Made by a program: the position numbers and the translations under genes. A DNA stretch of 64,000 nucleotides from a virus (lineage: Duplodnaviria > Caudoviricetes). The stretch spans positions 1 through 64,000 of the IMG/VR virus record IMGVR_UViG_3300028533_000217; one strand, written 5' to 3'. Shown piece after piece: positions 50,480 through 60,238 of the stretch. How positions within the stretch are numbered: position 1 is the first letter of the stretch; each line of letters opens with the position of its first letter. The notes under the pieces were generated by a model that saw only the letters and a program-made list of their open reading frames with translations, had not been told where the DNA came from and did no database searches.

Positions 50480-52567
50480 ATGAGTAAGAAAATATCAATA
50501 TACCATCAATTAGATGTAATTCATAAAGAGTTATTAAAAATGGATGATGATTCTGTAAATGAAATAGTCGAAATGCTTAAAGGGATAAACTTCGAAGGTA
50601 TTGTAGAATTCTTCAATGAAGCTGATAAATTAGATGATATGGATTTATTTACATGTAGGAAACTTGTAGAAATACTACAATTTATTTATAATAATACAGA
50701 TATAGTCCCACCAGTATCAGATGAGACGTATGATAAATTATATCAGATAATGTTAGATGCTGGTTTAGGAGATATTGTGGGTTCCGTTAATAGTCAAGGT
50801 AAACCAGTTAGAGAGCATAGATATCCTGATTTAAGAGGAACTTTAAATAAAGTACATTTTGTGTTTAATCTTGATAAAGAAGGAGATAAAAGAAGAAGTA
50901 TAGAAGATTGGATAACAACTATAGAAAATATCTTAGGATATCCTATAAATAATTCTAAAGATTTTGAATTAAGATTACAAGCTAAATGGGATGGATGTTC
51001 GGCAGTATTCGAGTGTGATGAAGAAGGTGAATTAGAACATGTATTAATGAGGGGTGATACGGAAAAGAACTTGGCAGTTGATATATTAGAGTTATTTAAA
51101 GATAAAATAAGTTTTAATCAATTTGCAAATGGTAAAGATAAATTTGCAATACAAACAGAAGTTCTTATGAATCAATCTGCATATGAAAGAATAATAAAAG
51201 AATATAAAGATTTCAAATCTCCTCGTTCAGCAACTTCATCAATATTAAATGAAAAAGTTTTACAACCAGAACTTACAGAGTATTTAACAGTAGAGCCATT
51301 AAGAATACAATATGTGGGAAAACAACCCGAAATAATTCCAAATGAAGAATTTGATATGATATCAAACTTATTTGATTTGAGAGATATTAGAGAATGTATA
51401 AGACAAATAAATGAACATGCTAAAGCTGAAGGTAAAAGTACAGATGGTGTAGTATTACATCTTATAGATAAAAATATGCAGAATAAATTAGGTAGAGACG
51501 GAGCTATAAACAGATATGAAGTTGCTTATAAATTTCCAGCAGAAGCTAAGAAGGCTAAATTAATAGATATAGATTTCTCTTATGGATTAGGAGGTAATAT
51601 AACACCTGTAGCGAAAATAGAACCTATTGTAATGTTAGGTAAAACTATAAGTTCTATATCTATAGGTTCTATAGATAGATTTAGAAGTATGCAACATAAA
51701 TTATGTTCAGGAAGTGAGATAATAGTAAGATATGAAATAATTCCATATATGGAAGTGAATGATACATGCAAAGTAAATGGATTCGGTAAACCTTTCTATA
51801 TTCCAACACATTGTAAACATTGTGGTCATCAATTAGTAGAGGATCCATTATTAAAATGTATTAATGAAGATTGTCCTTCAAGAATAATAGGGAATGTTGT
51901 AAACTATATAAATAAGATGAGAATAGAAAATATAAATATAGAAACAGTTTCAACATTATTTGACCAAGGTATAATAACTAAAATAGAATCATTGTATGAA
52001 CTAGATAAACATAAATCTAAAATAGTTTCATTACCAGGATTTGGAGAAAAATCTTATGAAAAAATGATTGATGGTGTTAATAAGCGTAAAGTTGTATTTG
52101 ATTATGAACTATTAGGTTCATTAGGAATTCAATCTATAGGTGTAAGAATGTTTAAGAAGATATTATCCGTTATGGATTTAGAAACATTATTGAGATTAGC
52201 TAAAGACGGAATGTTGGCAATTAATTTAATGGGGTTATCTGGATTTGGAGAGAAAACAGCTAATAGAGTTCAACATGGTATATTAAGTAAATTACCGACT
52301 ATATATTATCTATTGAACGTTATACAATTAAAAGAAAAAGTTGCTCCAGGAAAATTGAAAGGAAAAGTATGTTTCTCTCAAATAAGAGATCCTAAATTTG
52401 AATCAGTATTAATACAAAATGGATATGAAGTGGTTGATTCATTAACTAAATCTACAGATTATTTAGTAGTACCAAATCCTGAAGTAACATCTAGTAAAAT
52501 AACAAAAGCTAAAAAGTATGGAATTCAAATATATAGCTTAGAGGAAGCAAAATTAAAATTAAAATAA
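50480..52567 (+). CDS. ligA: NAD-dependent DNA ligase
   Basis: VSDETYD, KWDG, RGD, TDGVV, AYKF, ITPVA, C4 zinc finger, HhH motifs, BRCT. Confidence 0.92.
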   Translation: MSKKISIYHQLDVIHKELLKMDDDSVNEIVEMLKGINFEGIVEFFNEADKLDDMDLFTCRKLVEILQFIYNNTDIVPPVSDETYDKLYQIMLDAGLGDIVGSVNSQGKPVREHRYPDLRGTLNKVHFVFNLDKEGDKRRSIEDWITTIENILGYPINNSKDFELRLQAKWDGCSAVFECDEEGELEHVLMRGDTEKNLAVDILELFKDKISFNQFANGKDKFAIQTEVLMNQSAYERIIKEYKDFKSPRSATSSILNEKVLQPELTEYLTVEPLRIQYVGKQPEIIPNEEFDMISNLFDLRDIRECIRQINEHAKAEGKSTDGVVLHLIDKNMQNKLGRDGAINRYEVAYKFPAEAKKAKLIDIDFSYGLGGNITPVAKIEPIVMLGKTISSISIGSIDRFRSMQHKLCSGSEIIVRYEIIPYMEVNDTCKVNGFGKPFYIPTHCKHCGHQLVEDPLLKCINEDCPSRIIGNVVNYINKMRIENINIETVSTLFDQGIITKIESLYELDKHKSKIVSLPGFGEKSYEKMIDGVNKRKVVFDYELLGSLGIQSIGVRMFKKILSVMDLETLLRLAKDGMLAINLMGLSGFGEKTANRVQHGILSKLPTIYYLLNVIQLKEKVAPGKLKGKVCFSQIRDPKFESVLIQNGYEVVDSLTKSTDYLVVPNPEVTSSKITKAKKYGIQIYSLEEAKLKLK

Positions 52568-52589
52568 AGAACAATAAATTAATAATGTT

Positions 52590-52743
52590 AGGGTAAATAA
52601 AATAGGATTAGTCTCTTAGTAACATGAGAATTACTTAACCGTAACCAGAACGACGTAAGCTGATAATTCCAGTGATACGGATTAGTAAGCATCGGTTATG
52701 CATGTGAAAAGAGGCTAAAGAACTATTTTTAAGATTTTACCCT
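52590..52743 (+). ncRNA. Candidate rod-shaped structured RNA
   Basis: Nested stems AGGGTAAA/TTTACCCT, AAAATAG/CTATTTT, TTAGTCTCTT/AAGAGGCTAA; AACA-N6-TA promoter at 52570. Confidence 0.55.
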
Positions 52744-52950
52744 GTATAAATTTTGAGTCTCATAGCACTGAATTTTTTATATATTATTTCGAGTGAATGA
52801 GTCTAATTGTTACTAAGTACGTTCTATCAGTACGTCTTATCATATAGATAATTCAGGAAAGTGGTTCAGGAAAACAGTCAACGATTAGCCCCGAGATATC
52901 GAATTGGTTATTAAAAAGTTTAGTTATATAAGGCGATTTTATATTTTTTT

Positions 52951-53086
52951 TAATTTGAACTGGTGATACACGACTGAGGTTACTTAGCATTGACAACATA
53001 GGATTTGACCTTGCGGTAATCAAATATAACTTGAAATTATTTAAGTTGTATAAAGGTTGTGTATCACCCTTCCTACGTTCAAATTA
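52951..53086 (+). ncRNA. Candidate structured RNA
   Basis: TAATTTGAAC/GTTCAAATTA and GGTGATACACGACT/GGTTGTGTATCACC stems (G-U on the + strand) enclosing hairpins. Confidence 0.55.
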
Positions 53087-53144
53087 AATTTTATTAACAA
53101 TATAACAAATATGTAGATTAAATAATATATAGGAGGTAATATTT

Positions 53145-53501
53145 ATGAATGGAAAGAAAATAACAAAAACTATTTTAGTTATAGGTAGAGTAGAATTTAA
53201 AGGTGCTCAATGGAATATTTTAAAAAGAATAATGGGTGTTTCTGAAGAAGAATATGAAAACTGTATAATAAATTTAGTTAATAAACCTTTATCATTTACA
53301 GTGCCTGATAATGTACAAAAATATGATTTAGTCGTAACTTCACAATCAGGACCGTTATTATTAAGAAATATGAAGAAAAGATGTAAAGATGTCCCACTAA
53401 TAAAACCTTATTGGGATAAGGAAAAGAAATTTGTAGGATTTATGAAATTAAATGAAGTTGTAGTTAAATATGATTACGAACTTTTCAGATTTGAAAAATA
53501 A
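53145..53501 (+). CDS. Hypothetical protein
   Basis: AGGAGG RBS, AACA-N6-TA at 53104. Confidence 0.75.
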   Translation: MNGKKITKTILVIGRVEFKGAQWNILKRIMGVSEEEYENCIINLVNKPLSFTVPDNVQKYDLVVTSQSGPLLLRNMKKRCKDVPLIKPYWDKEKKFVGFMKLNEVVVKYDYELFRFEK

Positions 53502-53547
53502 CAGCATTAGACATCTATAGAGATATAGATGTCTAATTTTATGTTAC

Positions 53548-53590
53548 TGTAAAAAGGTTATATTTCAATTATATATTATAATAATGAATA
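53548..53590 (+). promoter_or_regulatory. Early-type phage promoter (representative copy)
   Basis: TGTAA-N~10-TTT(C)AA-N3/4-ATATTATA-N4/5-TGAA; similar copies near 6283, 6963, 17862, 17929, 21752, 24229, 36593, 39568, 45239, 47200, 49581, 60166 and 10741 (-). Confidence 0.8.
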
Positions 53591-53615
53591 AAAATAATAT
53601 TAGGAGGTAATTGAT

Positions 53616-54329
53616 ATGAGTAAATGGAAAAATTTAGAATTTATAGGATCTGAAAAGGAAATAAATAAAATATCTTTATCAACAATAGAATCTTTAAAAA
53701 GAAATTATAAATTATTAATAAACCAAGAAGTTATAATACCTGCAATGGTAGATTGTTTTATAGATTCAGCAATGTATGAAAGCTTACAAATGTTAGGAGC
53801 TGATAAAGTTAGAAGTGAGCTTAACTTATTTGAAATGTTAAGAATAGTTCATGAAGTAATACCAGGAGAAGAAAAACCTGAATTGTTAACAATAATAAGT
53901 TTAGGTAGAATGGCTATGAGAAGATTAGAATTAGAAATACCGAGTGATGATATAGAAGAAACTATGAATAGTGTAGCAGATGTTGATGTTAAACTATTAG
54001 AAATGATATCAATAAGAGCTGCACAATATTTAGAAGATAGACATGGATTAGTAATTAGAGATTGGCAAATAATATTTAAAGTTGCAGAAGTATTCTTTAA
54101 TGAAATGATAGCATTCATTAAAGTTAACACAGTAACAGATGATACGTTAGTTGTATTTGATCAATTTTCAATAGTTTTAGATGACAGTGGGAAATTTGAA
54201 TCTATAGAATTATCAGAATATGCTCAAAAGACAATTGAAGCTATATATGAAAATGTATTATCTGAAGTTAAAAGATTAATTGATGAGGATGACGCTTTTG
54301 CTGAAAATAATAGCAAAGGAGGTAAATAA
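53616..54329 (+). CDS. Hypothetical acidic protein, paralogous family with 54332 and 54810
   Basis: Duplicated helix-helix-LNLF(D/E) module. Confidence 0.7.
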   Translation: MSKWKNLEFIGSEKEINKISLSTIESLKRNYKLLINQEVIIPAMVDCFIDSAMYESLQMLGADKVRSELNLFEMLRIVHEVIPGEEKPELLTIISLGRMAMRRLELEIPSDDIEETMNSVADVDVKLLEMISIRAAQYLEDRHGLVIRDWQIIFKVAEVFFNEMIAFIKVNTVTDDTLVVFDQFSIVLDDSGKFESIELSEYAQKTIEAIYENVLSEVKRLIDEDDAFAENNSKGGK

Positions 54330-54331
54330 TT

Positions 54332-54799
54332 ATGATAGAAGACTTCAAAAATCTATTTAGACATATGTTGTATAAACATTGTAATATATTAGTAAATGAT
54401 TTATCCGAAGTAATTGATGAAGTATCAACATTTATCCATGAAAAGGTTGAACCTTATGTAAAAGAATCAGGTGATAGACTTGTTGTTCATGGTATAGAAC
54501 TAATATACGATGATAATAAAATTATATGGAAATTATTTGATGGTGATTTTACAAATGTGTTGTTAGTAGATTTTTCAAATATAGATTATATCTTTGAAGA
54601 TAAAGAGGAGTATATATTAAAAATAAAACAAAAATATGAACACTATCCAAAAGAATTTTATAATAAATCATTCTTTGCATTTATGGATGCCTTAGCTGAT
54701 TTGGTATATAGTAGTGAGTTCATAGAAGAGGAATTAAACGTATTTGATTTATGTATATTACACAACAATGGAGAGAATAATATAATATATGAAGTATAG
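54332..54799 (+). CDS. Hypothetical acidic protein
   Basis: F.AFMDAL..ELNVFDL module. Confidence 0.7.
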   Translation: MIEDFKNLFRHMLYKHCNILVNDLSEVIDEVSTFIHEKVEPYVKESGDRLVVHGIELIYDDNKIIWKLFDGDFTNVLLVDFSNIDYIFEDKEEYILKIKQKYEHYPKEFYNKSFFAFMDALADLVYSSEFIEEELNVFDLCILHNNGENNIIYEV

Positions 54800-54809
54800 G
54801 GGGTAAAAT

Positions 54810-55556
54810 ATGAGTAATAAAATAAATTACCTTAATACAGTACCATGTATGGAAGCTATGGACCGCATAGCTTCCAAAACTTTTATACGATTAAGTTATG
54901 AATATGGGATTTGTATGATCCGTAGAGAATTAATCCCTTCTATGGGTTCAATATGTCTTAAAAGTTTGATAAGTAATTTAGGATCTATGAGGGGAAATAA
55001 TATGGCAGTGTATATTAATTTATTTGACATATTAACATTAGGATTAGTCGAACTAAATTTTGATGAAACTGAAAAAGCAACTAACATATTACCAGATTTT
55101 AGAATAGGACCTAAAGGTTGTTTATGTTCTGGTATGGAATATGAAAAATATTTAAAATATCAAATGCCTATAGAAAAATATAACGGTAGAGTTATAGAAA
55201 TAGAATCTAATAAACAAACATGGGACGATTTAGTTAGAGAAATGATTGATGCTTGTTATATCAATATAGGATTAAGATTAGAAGATTATAATCTAATAAC
55301 TATATTCTTAAATATATTCTTAGAAGAAGTATTTTATGATTTAGGTATGAATAAACAAAAAGATTATGCTTACAAATTATTTGATATATTGTATTTTAAT
55401 TATAAAGAAGAAGACGATTTATGGGGAACAGATGTTATGCCGGAATATAAACTTATGGTTAAAGATGACACATATAGTGAATTGAAGATTGAAAAATCAA
55501 TTGAGGAATTTAAGAAAGAGAATGATAATGGTTTAAAACCATTAAGATATCAATAA
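54810..55556 (+). CDS. Hypothetical protein, paralog of 53616..54329
   Basis: IPSM..INLFDIL and GLRLEDY.LI.IF..F.EE parallel the 53616 ORF. Confidence 0.7.
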   Translation: MSNKINYLNTVPCMEAMDRIASKTFIRLSYEYGICMIRRELIPSMGSICLKSLISNLGSMRGNNMAVYINLFDILTLGLVELNFDETEKATNILPDFRIGPKGCLCSGMEYEKYLKYQMPIEKYNGRVIEIESNKQTWDDLVREMIDACYINIGLRLEDYNLITIFLNIFLEEVFYDLGMNKQKDYAYKLFDILYFNYKEEDDLWGTDVMPEYKLMVKDDTYSELKIEKSIEEFKKENDNGLKPLRYQ

Positions 55557-55559
55557 GGA

Positions 55560-55772
55560 GTGTATAATATGGAAAGAAAATTATCAGAAATATTAAAAGA
55601 GTTAGCTGAATTAGAAGAAGAATACGCAAGAATAAATGATGAAATGGAAGAATCTGAAGAAAAAGATGATATGTTGTCGTATCTTTCACTTGCTATGGAT
55701 TATTTAGATTGTTGTTTGATGTATGGTGATTATATAAATGATACAGGAATGGATTATGATTATTATAATTAG
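55560..55772 (+). CDS. Small acidic protein
   Basis: Asp/Glu-rich 70-aa ORF. Confidence 0.65.
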   Translation: MYNMERKLSEILKELAELEEEYARINDEMEESEEKDDMLSYLSLAMDYLDCCLMYGDYINDTGMDYDYYN

Positions 55773-55784
55773 GAGGGCAATTAT

Positions 55785-57449
55785 ATGTATAAAATGTTAA
55801 GTGAATATACAAGAACTTTTGATGATAAATTAAATTTACCTCTAATTAATAGAGAGTTAGATAAACCATTATATATTTACGTATACGAAACGATTAAATC
55901 GTTGGAGGTATTCGAATCTATAAAGATTTTAGGATATGAATATAATGAAAATCCTAATGATATAAAACTTAACGATTATATAAGAACTAGATCACAAAAT
56001 GGTAAGAAAGTTCAAGAAGATCCTGTAGAAGTTATGTATATGAGTGAATCTAGATGTGGTGAACTTAAGATTCATTATGAGCTATCTATAGATGTTAAAC
56101 AAGAAGATGGTAGCGTTAAGATGATGAGTAAAACTTATACAAAGAATATATTAATTCCTATAAAGGATCAAGATGGTTATTATATGCTTAAAGGAAAGAG
56201 ATATATTTTAATGTATCAGTTAGTTGATTCAACAACATATAGTACATCAAATAGTGTCGTGCTTAAATCTATAATGCCTATTACATTAAAAAGAAAAACA
56301 AAAGTAATTCATGATGTTGATAGAAATCCATATACAATCCCATTATATTTCACGAATATATTTAAGAATGAAATTAATATGATGTTATTATTCTTCTCTA
56401 AGATGGGATTTGTGGAATCATTAATATATTTCAGCATGGATAAAGTTATAAGTTTATCATTGACATTAGGAGATGATTTAGATAAGTACGTATATTTTAA
56501 AATAAGCAACGACGCATTTGTTAAAGTGAACAGATTCGCATTTGAAGAATCTATTGAAGTTAAATCTATAACAGGAATGATATTAGATTTAGTTAATAAT
56601 AGAGTTTCAGTATCTGATATGGTGGATACAAATTTCTGGTTAGAGAAATTAGGTCATCAACCTAATATTCAACAACCTAACTTTAAAAGAGCAAAAGCGA
56701 GAAATCTTCTATTATCCGTTGACCGTATGATGGATATGACAACTAGAAGAGTTCTTAATATATCAGCAGATCATAAAGATAGTATGTATAGTGCATTAAG
56801 ATGGATGTTTATGAATTATAACGATCTAAAGAGTAAAAGAATTATGGACATAACTAATAAAAGATTAAGAGATAATGAATATATAGCTTCATTAATGACA
56901 AGAGAGTTAAGTAATTCTCTATATAGAATCATGAGTAAAGTAAGAAAACCGCAATCAAGAAATTTAAATACATTAGAAGAATTATTTTCGTTTAGAGGTG
57001 ATATATTAATAACTAATCTTTATAATTCGGGATTATTTAAGTTTGATGATACGGTTAATGATATGGATTTCTTCAATAAGTTACGTTATACAATTAAGGG
57101 ACCAAATTCACAAGGAAATTCATCTGGAAAAACTATAGCTACATGTCAAAGAGGTATAGATCCTTCATTTGTAGGTAGAATAGATTTAAATGTTGTAGGA
57201 AACTCTTCTCCAGGTGAAACAGGTGTGTTGACGCCATTCATAAAAACATATGGATTAAATATATCAGATAAAAAAGAACCTGAAGACGGACAATATAAAT
57301 TATTCAAAATTATAGAAGAAGCGGTTAAAAATGAATATGAATATATAGAACATTTCGGAATAGAAAATTATGATGATTATTATAAAATGGTAAACAAGTT
57401 ATATGAAACAACAAGTGGTTGTTCTATAATAACATCTAAAAAAGAATAA
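55785..57449 (+). CDS. RNA polymerase beta subunit, N-terminal half (non-virion RNAP-like)
   Basis: IP..DGYYMLKGKRYILMYQL (cf. G.FIING.ERV..QL); RGIDPSFVGRIDL..SSPGETG (cf. RDVH.SHYGR.CP..N.GL). Confidence 0.8.
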   Translation: MYKMLSEYTRTFDDKLNLPLINRELDKPLYIYVYETIKSLEVFESIKILGYEYNENPNDIKLNDYIRTRSQNGKKVQEDPVEVMYMSESRCGELKIHYELSIDVKQEDGSVKMMSKTYTKNILIPIKDQDGYYMLKGKRYILMYQLVDSTTYSTSNSVVLKSIMPITLKRKTKVIHDVDRNPYTIPLYFTNIFKNEINMMLLFFSKMGFVESLIYFSMDKVISLSLTLGDDLDKYVYFKISNDAFVKVNRFAFEESIEVKSITGMILDLVNNRVSVSDMVDTNFWLEKLGHQPNIQQPNFKRAKARNLLLSVDRMMDMTTRRVLNISADHKDSMYSALRWMFMNYNDLKSKRIMDITNKRLRDNEYIASLMTRELSNSLYRIMSKVRKPQSRNLNTLEELFSFRGDILITNLYNSGLFKFDDTVNDMDFFNKLRYTIKGPNSQGNSSGKTIATCQRGIDPSFVGRIDLNVVGNSSPGETGVLTPFIKTYGLNISDKKEPEDGQYKLFKIIEEAVKNEYEYIEHFGIENYDDYYKMVNKLYETTSGCSIITSKKE

Positions 57450-57473
57450 AAATAATTAATTGGGGTTGGGATT

Positions 57474-58232
57474 ATGCAGCGTATAGATAGAACGGGTGAG
57501 GTTAATGTTAATAAATATGGAACTAAAATGAAAATTGTTGAATATTATAGTGCCAAAAATATAATAGTTGAATTTCAAGATGAATATAAATACAGAGTCC
57601 ACACGGAGTATAAAAATTTTAAGGAAGGATGTGTTAGAAATGTTTATGATAAATCAGTATATGGGGTTGGTATGTTTGGTGAAGGTAAATATGATAGGGT
57701 GCATTATTTAAAACTTTATAATAGTTGGCAACATATGCTTAGACGTTGCTATGATCCATATACGTTAAATGTTGATATGTCTTATATAGATTGTTTTGTA
57801 GATGAAAGATTTCACAATCTTCAAGATTTTGGGAAATGGTTTGAAGATAATTATTATGAAGTTGGTAATGAATTAATGTGTTTAGATAAAGATATATTAG
57901 TTAAAAATAATAAAATTTATTCTCCTGATACATGTGTTTTCGTACCTGAGAGAATCAATAAACTGTTTATACGTAATTGCAGTACAAGAGGTAAACTTCC
58001 TATAGGTATTTATAAACATGATAATAGATATATAGGACGATGTAATATTGTTGAAAATGGTAAGGAGAAAAGAATAGTTGTATCAGATTCAAAAAGTTTA
58101 ACTGAAGCATTTTTAGGTTATAAAGATTTTAAAGAAACTTATATCAAAGCGGTAGCAAACACCTATAAGAACAGGATTCCTGATAAAGTTTACAATGCAA
58201 TGATTAGTTATAGGGTTGAATGGGATGATTAG
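57474..58232 (+). CDS. HNH-type homing endonuclease-like protein, paralog of 28756..29511
   Basis: W.HMLRRCY, LMCLDKDILVKNNKIYSPDTCVFV, RGKLPIG. Confidence 0.7.
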   Translation: MQRIDRTGEVNVNKYGTKMKIVEYYSAKNIIVEFQDEYKYRVHTEYKNFKEGCVRNVYDKSVYGVGMFGEGKYDRVHYLKLYNSWQHMLRRCYDPYTLNVDMSYIDCFVDERFHNLQDFGKWFEDNYYEVGNELMCLDKDILVKNNKIYSPDTCVFVPERINKLFIRNCSTRGKLPIGIYKHDNRYIGRCNIVENGKEKRIVVSDSKSLTEAFLGYKDFKETYIKAVANTYKNRIPDKVYNAMISYRVEWDD

Positions 58233-58351
58233 TAACAAAAAAAGAATGATTTAATTATCATTCTTTTTTCTTATAAAAAAATATAAATCACATAACAAAA
58301 AAGTAACGGAAAAATGAATAAATAAAATTTGAATTTTTAGGAGGTAATTAT

Positions 58352-60124
58352 ATGGGTGATAATAGATTATCATTTAACGTGTTTAGTGATGCGGATACAA
58401 TGTTAGTTAAGGTTGTATGTGTTGAAGGTGTCGGTGCTATTTTAACATACACTGACAAGTTTAAAATGTTTAAAGAAGCCCATAAAACAACAGCAGAAAA
58501 TTTAGAAAAAATATTAAATTCATTAAACGAATTATTTGCATACGGTCATATAGATGACGACATTGAATTAGTTAGAGTTTCAATGAGTATGTTAGAATCA
58601 TTACCTTTTACATTCTATTTAGAATATTTAGAAGATACAGTTTCATCAAAAATAAATAGAGATCCGATGGAAGATTTTAATCCGATATTATTCGATATGA
58701 ACATATTTCCAGATATGATGAGTATGAAAGGGGATGTTCCGGATATGTTAAATGTTGATAATTTTATGTTAAGTCCAAAGAAAGATAGTGTTTCTAAAAA
58801 AGAAGAACCTAAGAGAACTAGCCTTACATTTGATGATGTAGTTGGTATGCATGAAGTAAAAGAAAAATTAAGAGATGTTATAGATCAATTTAAAAATGCT
58901 GAAAAATATAAAGCATGGCATATAAAACCAATAAAAGGTATATTATTATATGGACCTTCTGGTACAGGTAAATCTTATATATCTGAAGCATTTGCTAATG
59001 AGATAGATGCTAAATTCTTCCCATTATCATCTGCAGATATAATAAGTAAGTACCTAGGAGAATCAGGTAAATCAATAAGAGCTAAATTTGAAGAAGCTAG
59101 AAAACATCCTTTATCTATAATATATATAGATGAAGTTGACTCAATAGCTGCTAAGAGAGATGGTTCTGAAAACAATAAAGAAAGAAATGCTACATTAAAT
59201 GAACTTCTAGTTCAAATGGCTTCACCAGAAAATGATAATGTTATAATGATATTCGCAACAAATATGCTTGAATTATTAGACCCTGCATTCTTAAGATCAG
59301 GAAGATGTGACTTTAAAATAGAAGTTTCATTACCAGATTTTGATTGTAGAAAAGGTATATTAGAATTAAATTCTAAAGATAGACCAATAGCAGAAGATGT
59401 TGATTTTGATAAAATAGCAAGAAACATGAGTGGTATGAACTGTGCAGATATGGCAGTAGTTGCAAATGAAGCTGCTCGTAAAGCATTAAAAGCAGGTAAA
59501 GATGTAATAGAAGTTGAAGATTTTGAAAAAGCATTCGAAGAAATGATATGTGGTGCTAAATCTGAAACTAAGAGATTAGGTGAAAAAGAAAAAGAAATAG
59601 TTTCTATACATGAAACAGGACATTTATTTGCTAATGAAATATTCAAAGTAAATAAAACTAAAAAGATATCAATATTACCTAGAGGTACAACTTTAGGATT
59701 TGTAATGCATGCAAACGAAGAAGAGGATGATAAATTCTTACAAAGCAAAGAAGAATTATTAAATAGAATAAGAGTTTGTTTAGCTGGTAGAGCTGCTGAA
59801 GAAGTATTCTTCGGTGATGTTACAACTGGTGCAGCAAACGATTTAGAAAAAGCTAACAACATAGTTAATGCAATGGTATGTAACTATGGATTAGTTGAAG
59901 AATTAGGATTATCAACATTTGATCCTAAAAACCCAATGATAATATTCACAATACAAAAACATGTGGATAAAATATTAAAAGATTGCTATAGAGATGTTAT
60001 AAATATGGTTGTAGAAAATAAAGATAAAATGAGAGATTTTGCAGAAGTGTTAAAAGAAAAAGAAGAAATGACAGGAGAAGAAATAAACGAAATATTATAT
60101 CCTGAAACAGCAGATGCTGAATAA
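58352..60124 (+). CDS. ftsH: FtsH-like AAA+ zinc protease lacking obvious TM segments
   Basis: GPSGTGKS, IYIDEVD, LDPAFLRSGRCD, HETGH, LAGRAAEE, TTGAANDL. Confidence 0.88.
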   Translation: MGDNRLSFNVFSDADTMLVKVVCVEGVGAILTYTDKFKMFKEAHKTTAENLEKILNSLNELFAYGHIDDDIELVRVSMSMLESLPFTFYLEYLEDTVSSKINRDPMEDFNPILFDMNIFPDMMSMKGDVPDMLNVDNFMLSPKKDSVSKKEEPKRTSLTFDDVVGMHEVKEKLRDVIDQFKNAEKYKAWHIKPIKGILLYGPSGTGKSYISEAFANEIDAKFFPLSSADIISKYLGESGKSIRAKFEEARKHPLSIIYIDEVDSIAAKRDGSENNKERNATLNELLVQMASPENDNVIMIFATNMLELLDPAFLRSGRCDFKIEVSLPDFDCRKGILELNSKDRPIAEDVDFDKIARNMSGMNCADMAVVANEAARKALKAGKDVIEVEDFEKAFEEMICGAKSETKRLGEKEKEIVSIHETGHLFANEIFKVNKTKKISILPRGTTLGFVMHANEEEDDKFLQSKEELLNRIRVCLAGRAAEEVFFGDVTTGAANDLEKANNIVNAMVCNYGLVEELGLSTFDPKNPMIIFTIQKHVDKILKDCYRDVINMVVENKDKMRDFAEVLKEKEEMTGEEINEILYPETADAE

Positions 60125-60238
60125 TCATAAGCCTATGAGATTAATTTCTCATAGGCTTTTCATATTGTAAAAAGATCAATTTTCGATTATATATTATATA
60201 ATTGATAACAATAAAATATAACAAGGAGGTAATATTAT

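Noticed and set aside
59212-59862. 216-aa antisense ORF and other opposite-strand or overlapping ORFs in the track (e.g. 1326, 9501, 26997, 48297, 50059)
   Set aside because: They shadow well-supported genes, lack RBSs and have Ser/Phe/Leu-biased antisense composition.
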